From the NCBI GenBank assembly GCA_964016885.1, contig OZ024742.1, positions 240,560,001-240,624,000 of the forward strand: a stretch of 64,000 nucleotides of DNA, read 5' to 3'. Below the pieces are notes generated by a model. The model did not search any database. It was not told the DNA's origin and worked only from the letters and a program-made list of their open reading frames with translations. Shown in pieces: positions 53,041-64,000 of this stretch. Each line of letters opens with the position of its first letter. The stretch's first letter is position 1. The DNA is from Eledone cirrhosa (lineage: Eukaryota). A program made the position numbers and the translations under genes.

Positions 53041-53159
53041 ACATCTTTAATAAACGAAGCCAAATTTTAAATATTTGACTTAATTATTTTACATTACTCC
53101 GGAGTAACGAAACCAACCTGCATACTGAGATGTCGGTAAACAACCAACATATACTCAAA

Positions 53160-54172
<1,013 letters not shown>

Positions 54173-54173
<1 letters not shown>

Positions 54174-57100
54174 TAGCAGTTTAGCCCGGCGTTGCTCGGG
54201 TTAGTTCATTTGCTATGAAAACTTACATACAGGTAAACGTGGCTTGAAAGCGAATAAGCTTATCAATTAAGTGCATAAAGCAGTTGAACCAGTTATTAAA
54301 AGTTACGAACCAATTAGCATTTTGGACAATCAATGATGGGTTAATAATCTTCCAATAACGAATTTAGTAGACCAAAGTTGCAAGATGGTGGCCCTGATGC
54401 CGCTGGGTGTCAGATCTATCCGCCATGGGTGACCCTACCAGGAAATAGTTTTCCAGATGGCATAGCTCCAACACCACCAACACCTGCAACAACATCTATA
54501 GCACCTCTTTGTAGACGATATTGCGTGTTATCCCTTGAGGAGTGTAAGCAAAAAGTCCATTCCTGCTCCCTACGCGGAAACAGGCAACATAAAGTTGGCC
54601 ATGGGAGAAGCATGGCTCCCGCAAATGGATGCCCGCCACCGACAATGTTTGCCCTTGTGACTTGTTAATGGACATGGCAAAACATGGTCTCACCGGGAAT
54701 TGGGATTGCCGGAAATCGAACTGGATATCTGACGCCGAGGGGAAAAGGTTTATCCTTGGAATGAAAACATTCTCCCTTCTCCCGCACCCCGTTACAAGGG
54801 TGGCCTCAATCAAGTGGGGCGTCAGTGACTTGACGACCATGCGAGTACCGTTGCACTGCTTTGGTGAACGCAAGTTCCTTATTAGCATAATGGGACAGCC
54901 AACCCTAAGCTTAAGAATGTGAGGTGGGAGCCCTGGGGGCTCAAGGGAATTTAATAACTCAACCGGATAATTAACGATATCGTCGGGGTCTGACGTCCGG
55001 TCGATATATTTGAAGATGTGCTCATTACTGGGAATCTTCTCAATCAGCTGCTCGTTAATAAAATTAACCATGGTATTTTTCGGAGCAAGGATGGCTCTTT
55101 CGCTGAGCCAATCAAGGTTTTTAAAGTTAGATGAGACATTAGGAAAAACTGCTTCCCAAAGGTCAGAAGGGCTGCTCACAATATTGCACAGGGAGTCGAT
55201 TGCTATGCCACCCTTTTCATCCGCAGGGACCTTGCCCTCACCAAGTGCTAAAATGTTCTGAGAAAATGCTGCAGACATGTTGTCACCATGCAAATGAGCA
55301 CGCATATTTGTGCTCAGGTACAAACTCTTCACCTGGAGCCACAAACTCTTCACCTGGAGCAGGCACGCACTTCATCAGCTCTTGTCCCTTTGGGGATGAC
55401 AGGCAGCGTTTGCCGAAAATCCCCTGATAGCAGAAGGGTTACGCGGTTACGCCACCCATAGAAGCCGTAGAATCCCTAATATCTTTCAGGGTCCTGTCCA
55501 ATGCCTCAAGGGCACCCCTGTGTGCCATTGTGCACTCATCCCAAACAATGAGGCAACATTTTTTGAGAACCAGAGCTTCGTGTGAACTCTTGCTGATATT
55601 GCATGTTGGTGTCTCAGTTTTTACTAAATCCAAGGAGAGTTTAAAGGTTGAATGTGCTGTCCTGCCTCCCGGCAGCAAAGTAGCAGCGATCCCGGACGAT
55701 GCAACGGCCAACGCAATTTTTTTCTCCTGACGAATCTTAGCGAGAATCAATTTCGTTACAAAAGTTTTTCCGGTACCCCCAGGAGCATCGAGAAAGTAAA
55801 TACCCCCAGTCTGATTTTGAACCGCATCAATGATAATTAAATAGGCCAACCTTTGGTCCCACAGAAGTTTGGGTTCATTTTCCTCTAAGTATTGGGAAAG
55901 AGATTCGATGTCATATTCTGTTTCCCGCAACAAATCCGGGGCCAACGTGTTAGCTTCCTCTCTAACGGTCGATGGCAAGCCATACGTCGCCAATTCGCTC
56001 CCACCCATGTCGAGGAGGGCGTCCTCGATATCAATGAGTGCCCTGTTGTAGATAATGTCGCTGTAACCAACTTCCACTGAAGGATACTGCAGATGAGCCA
56101 GGCGCAGGAAGTCCTCAGACAGGAAGTCTCTGTACTTGACCCATAAAGATTTGGGATCACCCAATTCACACTTTTGAAGCGAAATGGCAAAGAGTTCCCG
56201 TAGACTTTTAGGTGATTTCAACAAAGCACCTTCTGCTAAAGTGGAATCCCATTGCGAATCATCTTCCAAAAGACCACGCTTAAAGCAGACTTCCCGGTAC
56301 GTATCACATATTTCTCCATCAACAGTTTTGAGGTCCTGAAAACTTTGTGGGCCTACAACTTCATGCAGAAGAAGGCGGAGATTAAAGCACTCATGCTGAG
56401 TTGGCGTCACAGTGTAAACCCTTCCAAGACAGCTGTCAAATTTTATACCGGGATGTCTTTCAACAGTATGACCTGACTTTCTTCGTACCCAAGTGTTTTT
56501 CGACCATATAAAGTAGGATGGAACCTGGGGGGTACACAATTGTTTGCGCAAATGTATCGAACTGGCAAAGTTTGAAGAAACCCGTCAGAGTGGTCTCTTT
56601 CGGATCGGCGGCCAGCTTGGCGGCGGTTTGGTCCATAAAGTAAACCCTTTGCCCATTTTCCAAATGTACCGCAAGCTGTACGATGGCGGGGTGCCGTTGG
56701 TGTAGGGCTAAACCAAATAGGCGCCAAAAAGCTTCATTGCTACTGATGTACCGCCCCGCCAGGTATTCTGTGACCTCATCCCTGCTATTTTCAGCTTGAA
56801 ATGCGGACATTGCGGCACCAGAGCTCTTATTTACATATTTGCATATGTATTTTATCGACTTGACAGAGTTGCAAAACTCAACGTTGATGTGGGCGTTGAA
56901 TATCTTCAAGAGAAGCGGGCAGTAAGAGACCACCCATCTATTGTCAACTTGACCTCCCTTTACTGTTGTGGTGAAGTCACTGTTTTCGGGCCGTCTCCGC
57001 CTGTACAGGGGTACCTGTCGCCACCTGTCTGAGTATCATCAACAAACTTTTTTGAGTATCCCTTACTGTACGACCCCCCCTTTCAGACACGTGTGATTCT

Positions 57101-57433
57101 CATTAGGACCCAACGCACACGGACCATGTTAGCTTTGACGATGTCATGTAATTCCTGGTCAGTTGCTGGGTTAGGGATTTCAGCCAAAATGAAGCTGTCT
57201 ATGGCATTTGAATTGATTTTATCAGCTAACCAAATCAAAATGTGAGCATGTGGCAGCCCTCGTTTTTGCCATTCGACGGTGAACATGTCACATTTTACAG
57301 CCCCAAATACCTGACCCTTTTTGATTAAAGCCATGAGTTTAGCCAGTTTCAGTCTGAACACTCTGACAATGAGGTCATGTCTGTTCGAATAATTTTGCCC
57401 AGGAAAAAGTTCACGGGTTACATTCCGATTCAT
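54173..57433 (-). mobile_element. Helitron RepHel pseudogene (5'-truncated, frameshifted) with intact 3' terminus
   Basis: Rep HUH motif VEWQKRGLPHAH; HINVE.C.SVKSIKYICKYVNK; Pif1 motifs FLDAPGGTGKT, ASSGIAA, GGRTAHS, WDEC, NGTR, FAMSINKSQGQ, HGQLYVA; hairpin cccgagc-aac-gccggg plus CTAG|T at 54173. Confidence 0.95.
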
Positions 57434-58585
57434 ATGTCTATCTATATATTAATTTCAACAATGTCAGTATTCCGTGTGTCATAATTCTCGATTATCATTG
57501 GTTCATAGGTTTCAAACGACTCCGCCCACCTCAACGACGCCAAACTTAAATTAATATGCATAATGCCAATGAGGGTGTGATTCACTTATTTTTTCCCTTT
57601 TTATTTTGTATCTAGTCCTTATCCTTAGGACTCATGTAGTTTTGACTTATATATTTATAGTATATATCTATTAAATAATCCTTTTACAATAATTGATCTG
57701 AAACATTAATTTTTAACAATATTTTCAGTAACTTATTTACTATATTGTATTATGTTATGTATATTTGAAAGGTATCATCTTAAGTCTTTAGATAATATAA
57801 TCTTTGTGTATTTTTTTTGATAAACACATATATGTAATTTAAAATTTAGACCTCTTTAAGTTTGATTATAAGGCCTGTTGATCCTTTAGGCACTCAAATT
57901 GTTAATCATAAATTCTTTAAAAATTATAACTGTAATTATTTTCTAAATTATATTATATAAACTGTTGTCAATATTATAAATAATTTTGGTAAAGTTTACC
58001 TTCGTGAGGTTGTAAAAACATTATGTTTTCTTTCTCGTGTTTGTAAATCCTTTAAATTTGATTTCATAAAATTTGATTTTAGAAATTAAATTTGATAGTT
58101 TACTTTAATATTAATACAGATACCTATTAACTTTTAAAACCTAAAATATTATTCATTACTCTGAACTAACTTAAATTAAATATTTTGAATATTAACGGTC
58201 AACCAGATATGTTTAGATATATATTGTATATATGGATAATTGTCTAAAGACTTGAACATAAGTTATTCCTTTTTATCTCTCTCTCTGTAATCAACTCTCT
58301 TTTATTTTTCTAGGCCCCTACTAACTATATTATCCCATCAGCTGTTTCTTCCTCTATGCTTTCTTTTCTTTCCTCTTTCTTCAGTAATTTAAATTATTTA
58401 ACAGTTATATTGATGCCAAGTATTTTTAAGCTGTCTCACACGAACCCTCTCTATTGTATGTATTATATATTTTTCTCATGTTTCTCAATATTAAGGTATA
58501 TAAATATTGAGCTTTGTCATATATTACTCACTACCATGACTGAATCTTAATCATCTACTATGTCAGGGTATGTCATGTATCATCT

Positions 58586-58652
58586 TATTTTATCTGATGA
58601 GGACGTACTGTTGAAGTTAAGTCAGTACCACTGAAATATGTATAATAAAATA
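58586..58652 (+). ncRNA. Type-I hammerhead ribozyme
   Basis: tattttat CUGAUGA gg-ac-gtactg...cagtac-ca-ct GAAA UAUGUA UA/ ataaaata; perfect 8-bp stem I. Confidence 0.75.
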
Positions 58653-58789
58653 TACTTGATCACAAGAATATCTATTTTGTTAATAATTTGAATTAATATT
58701 AATAACTCTGGAAAACCATTTTTGTTGAGTGCTTCCAATCTATTGTAAAACTCATTCTTTGATTTATTCATTGAACCTTGTTTAACTTT

Positions 58790-58829
<40 letters not shown>

Positions 58830-59552
58830 AATATACAAATGGCTTCTACAGGACTCGTTCGAAGGAAATCCTCAGGGAAGCCTGGGACTCACACACACAT
58901 TCCTCCTTTCCTTACGCTCCCCTTCCCCTCATTCCCCTCCTTCTCCTTCTCCCCCTCCTCCCCTCCTCTTCTCCTACTCTCCCTCCTCCCCTCCTCTTCT
59001 CTTACTCTCCCTCCTCTCTTACTCCCCCTCTCCCCTTCCTCCTCTCCTACCCTTCCTCCTCCTCGGTTTTCTTCTCATCCGTCGTCAACACCTACTTAAA
59101 CGCGTCATCACTATGTCTCTTTACCACCACCACAACCACAGTTGACTAACTCCCCCGCTCTGCTTACTACCACCATCACCACCACCATTAGACAGACGTA
59201 CATTGTTTAGAAGCAGATGTTTTACGGCTAAATCAACTCCTGGTCAGTAACATTTATCTAATCTGAGAACAGAACACAAGACAGTTTTCATTGCACTAAA
59301 TTTCGAAAATACGCACCAAATATATTTTATTCAATATGTTCTTTTACTTTCTGGCCTCTGTTCATTCGTTGTTAGTCATCACCCCACTCCCCACAACCAG
59401 TGTAACCTGTCCGTTCTCCAGCCAACCATCAAGTCAACCAACCAACAACCAGCTAGTCAGAACGATCACCACGCCACCAACAATGGCCACAACTGACATC
59501 ACACGAAATGTCACTTTAATCACAGACGATAGTTCCATCAATCTCATTTCCA

Positions 59553-59554
<2 letters not shown>

Positions 59555-59630
<76 letters not shown>

Positions 59631-59643
59631 CTCTCTCTCTCTC
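59555..59643. repeat. (CT)n microsatellite
   Basis: Direct reading. Confidence 0.95.
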
Positions 59644-61761
59644 TTCGACTGTCAGACTGTTTGTCTCTGCCCCCCCCCCCCCCCTCTTGCCGATCATTCA
59701 ATATATCCTGGAGTACATTGTGAAAAGTATCCCCCACTCTTCTAGAAAATCTTTGACTAATTTGATTTATATTTCTTGCAGGTTGACTGAAAAGGTGGAA
59801 TAAAACCCTTAGACGATTTTCGGAGACCATACATATATTTTACGGACATCTCATCATCTCCTTAGTAAGTTATTTTAGAGAGAGAATGTATGCATATAAA
59901 AAGAAATATATAATATATTTCTTCATTTTGAAAATAGAACTAAGAGCCCTCACCGTAAATCGACTACAGAAAATAGTCTAATATAACGGTGAGGGCTTTA
60001 ACATTTTCTTCTCTTCATTTCAGCCGTGAAGCCCTCGGCATCAAAAAGCTAGAAGAGAAGAGAAAGGCTTTTAGTTCTATTTTAAAAAATTTCTCTCATC
60101 ACCGTATCCTAATCCACACGTGCTTTCATAGTTGATTACATTTTATTAAAGGCATACAATTGGCTGAGTTGTTAGAAAGTTGGCATATGCCGCAACTCGT
60201 AGTGCTGTGAGTTCAAATCCTACTGAGGTCAAAATTGCTATTCTTTTTTTCGGGGTCAAGAAAAAGAAATATACCAGTCCAATACTGGGATCGATTCTTC
60301 CCTTATAACGCTTTCTTACTTCCTCTCTTTCACTCTCCCGTTCTTTCTGCGGAAGGAATCGACTGTCTTCAGACTTGGAGACAGATTGGCTCCACCAGAT
60401 TTTAAAATACTCAAAACGACGACCCTACGACTCCATTAGAAGTTACGGTTCCATACATGATTGGCTTGAAGATTTTATGAAAACACATCTTATCTTGTTT
60501 CGTAGGATCCTTAGTTTTTCCCGACACCACTCTAGGAAACGTAAATAATATTTTGGTGAGAGACACGAGCATTAAAGGCAAAACCCTCAGCCCAAACAAG
60601 GAACAATGTACAAAGTCAATGTATTTAACGCTGTGGAAGAAAGGAAGGGAAGAAAACAAAGTGACGCTTCAGACAGTGGTCGTTTGTCAAGACAGAAGGG
60701 CGAAGAGCGGAAGAGAAATAGAAATAGCAGAGAGAAAAAGACACAAAGTGTTGGTCCGAAGATGTAATAGGTTTGAAAGGCCGACAAGCTGGAGAATTGT
60801 TGGCTGACATGAAGAACAAATGGATCCAACAGTCTGGGATTCTGTTATAAGTGGATGTTAGGTGCATTGCTTTCATTAAACCTTGATAAGAGGATGCAGT
60901 GTGTTTTATAGGTAAGAAAGAGTAAGTAAAAGAAGAAAGCTTATAAGAAAAACCTATTTGAATGTGTGTCTATTTTTCATAGTTCGTTGGGTGAGCACTT
61001 GAAGTGCTATTTGGAGCAGAGAATAACAAAGAGTAAGCTTTAGCACCACAAATCTGTAAAAATATGACAAGATAGTGGAGTTAAGTTTAATACTACAAGT
61101 AAAATAGTTTATAGACAAATCAGAGACTGTATAATCATAAGAAAACTAACCTGAATTATTTAAAATGATTCTCTCATATAAATCGTCATTGGTCATGATG
61201 TATCGAGTCAAAGGAGATGATGTGTTTATTCTTATAATTACTGTAAGCCTATCAAGTCTTCAGTTAGAACCCATGTGACTATAGTCACCTTTCGACCATT
61301 GAAACGCTAAATAAATTAACAGAGTTCAGAACTAGACTTTTAAAGTAGTGTATTTGAAAAGAAAAGAAAACCGCCTCTTTCTGTATAATCTTTAGCAGTA
61401 GGCAGTTTGAAAAGCAGTGAAAATAACGTGTGCACATTTACATTTATCAGAAATATTGGATTAACTGAAAACGTCGCTCACAGGATAGCATTATCTTAAT
61501 TATTGTTATACTTCTCTGTTTTATATCTTTATCTGTTCCTCATTTTGTTTAATAATACTGTTGAGCCATGTGATGGTGGAATACGTCTTAAAATATATGC
61601 AACAATATCCGCTTTCAGATTAATGCTACGGTATTGATTTTTCTACTAAGGTTTACGATTACAAAGCACACTTTATTTAACAGGGCAATCAACAATAAAC
61701 AATATCGTTCCATGTTGGAATTACAATGAGAAGATACAAATCACTGATCAGAGACGACTGA

Positions 61762-62651
61762 TTGACTCCTGTAATATTAACTCAAGCCTCAACATTTCTG
61801 CTCAATGAACAATACGTCAGCCCTTCCATCAGTGCACAAAAATTGACGGTCCAATTCATTGAGTATTGGCTTGACAACCATCCACATGACACCCCTTTCT
61901 TCACCCTAACAGAGACCCATTTCGACAACTCCCACTTGGAGGCTGAAGTGAAAGTGAGGAATTTTACAACCATCCGCGCGGATTATATCATCAGAAGGAA
62001 AGGTGGAACTGTCATTTTCCTGCATGATTCTTTTAAGACAGGCGGAAATAATATATTCTTCAATAGCTACTGTGAATCAGACACCGTACACAACAAAGCC
62101 AATGATTTGATAGTAGATGTGCTCTATAGATCACTTCAAACACCCATTCTGCACTTCAAAGAATACCTCAACATCATTAAATGTTATATTCAACAGAGTC
62201 ATTCTGGTAACATACTAATAATGGAAGACTTCAATCTACTCTGTGTTGATAGGTCTACAAACAGTTTGAAATCAGGTACTTCCACCACAACCGCTGACAA
62301 GGCAGAAGTAGAGTCACTTCTCGACTTTATGGATGCCATTTTTCTGTCCCAGCTTGTTATTGCACCAACAAGATATCAGAAAAACATTTCGGACCTAGTG
62401 TTTAGTAACCCCACTAACACTATACACAATATTACAGTGGAAAAAAAGCCCTCCTCCTCGTAGACGACGACATGGTTCTCTGAAACCTGAGATTCCTTCA
62501 GTCGAAAGTTAAACCCAATGACCTCTCTTAGCCGACCCATTTGATAACATGGATCTTTTTTATAATGCCAACTAATAACGATCTATCACATGTCGAATGA
62601 TCTTTCACACACACACACACGCGCGCACGCACACACACACACACACGCGCG

Positions 62652-62730
<79 letters not shown>

Positions 62731-64000
62731 TCACTAACATCAAAACATCCTGGTAGATATTTATAGACATTATTACAAACATATGTGCAAAACATACCCC
62801 ATCAAGATCTGTGAACAAACCTAAGTGCAGAATACCAAAAACTGAAAACCTATTATCAGAAAAAATCAAAAGAGCGAACAAACCACCACCAAAAAAAAAA
62901 AAAAAAAAAAAAACTGAAATGCTGTTAACACCAACATAAATTTGACTGCTATTGCACTGCCCAAATCAAAAAAGTATAATCAAAATTCATGAAGACCAGC
63001 ATCAATAATCAAAGAACAACTGAGGAAAAATGGGCCATTGAGAAAATCAAACTCAATCCAAAAGTGTTCTTTTCATTTGCAAAAATGCACAAAGTCACTG
63101 TCTCCATAGTTGGCCCTTTGATTGATGAAAATGGCAGTCTCCAAGACAATGCTAAAACCATGGGTGAGATACTGCAGAATCAATACTGCTATGTTTTCAG
63201 CAATCCTGATATGGATGATCTGGGCTGTATCAGTGATGTTAATCCCCAACACAATATCGGACATAACGTTTGGTACATCTGATGTCATAGCGGCAATAAA
63301 TGAAACTAAACACAATTCAGCAGTAGGCCCCGATAGGTTCCCTGCTGGTGTCCTGAAGGTGTGTCGACACGAACTTGCACTTTCTCTAGCTAATCTGTGA
63401 AGCAACTCACTGGACGCTGGCTATATCCCTCCAAACTTTCTGCCCCAGTCTGTCGTCCCAGTTTTCAAAAAGGGAAACAAGTCATTTGCAGTGAACTACC
63501 GCCCGATCTCACTCACCTCTCATGTCATTAATATATTTGAGGCGGTGAATTGGCAGTATCGGTAGAGCGTCGGACGTACTTCCCAGCATAGTTACGTCCC
63601 TTTGCGATCTGAGTTCAAATCCCGCCGAGGTTAACTTTTCCTTTCATCCTTACGTGGTCGATAAAATAAAGTACCAGCAATGTACTGGGTATTTGCTGGC
63701 CTTGTGTCAAAAATAGAAACAATTATTATATTTGAGAGGGTGGTGAGATCACGAATAACTCATTTCCTTGAAAGCAACAATCTCCAGAACTCCAACCAAC
63801 ATGGATTCCTCTAATGGCAGTGACTGCCTAACGTGCTCCTGCATCACTTTGATGACATTTTAAGAGCTTTAGGAGAGGGCTCCAACACTGATGTCATCTA
63901 CCTTGATTTCAGCAAGGCCTTGACAGGGTTGAACACAACATTCTACTGAAAAATACTATCCAACATTTGTGACACTGGAAAGTTACTACAATGGATTAAG
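61762..64000 (+). mobile_element. CR1/L2-type LINE ORF2 pseudogene (AP endonuclease to RT), running off the window
   Basis: LTETH, R.D..RKGG, YRS, (G/E)DFN, PTR..N.SDLV; then PKVFFSF, GPD.FP..VLK, P.FKKG...NYRPISLTS, QHGF, YLDFSKA; interrupted by (CA)n and a SINE. Confidence 0.92.
63541..63726 (+). mobile_element. Young family-1 SINE inserted in the LINE
   Basis: Intact A/B boxes; TSD tatatttga at 63532-63540 and 63727-63735; removing it restores HVINIFE|RVVRS. Confidence 0.92.

Larger units (their letters stand above)
52736..53092. repeat. ~355-bp palindrome bearing a hammerhead on each strand
   Basis: Near-identical arms; centre contains ctccgtcaatact once and agtattgacggag twice. Confidence 0.9.

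Noticed and set aside
54496-56551. Host PIF1 helicase gene
   Set aside because: Intronless, frameshifted, fused to a HUH Rep domain and ending in a hairpin-CTAG; it is a Helitron.
57437-57480. Helitron-like 5' end (tctatctatatattaa) on the + strand
   Set aside because: Wrong orientation for the adjacent element, preceded by G rather than A, and no matching 3' end found.

Overview
AT-rich, microsatellite-laden animal genomic DNA. The SINE, MITE and RTE repertoire looks like an octopus/coleoid cephalopod (inference, not verified). Host gene content is sparse. The + strand carries the last four exons of an A1CF/RBM46/RBM47-family RNA-binding protein gene (C-terminal dsRBD-like domain; 1790-18886). 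The - strand carries a candidate unrecognised small spliced gene (40965-31157). The rest is mobile DNA: RTE, Rex3/Expander-like, CR1-like and CRE-like LINE pieces, tRNA-derived SINEs, piggyBac-type TTAA MITEs, two mariner derivatives with duplicated ends, Helitrons, and several Penelope-like (mostly Naiad-type GIY-YIG) 3' fragments. The most striking non-coding signal is a set of minimal type-I hammerhead ribozymes. Three sit in a (TA)n-inserted ~323-bp-unit tandem/inverted repeat at 36055-36978 that looks like a non-LTR retrozyme able to release a ~323-nt, possibly circular, RNA. Other unrelated hammerheads lie at about 3.3, 26.4, 52.8/53.0 and 58.6 kb. Fold-back (head-to-head) duplication recurs throughout the window. 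Repeat boundaries were read by eye and are approximate unless splice sites, TSDs or termini are quoted.
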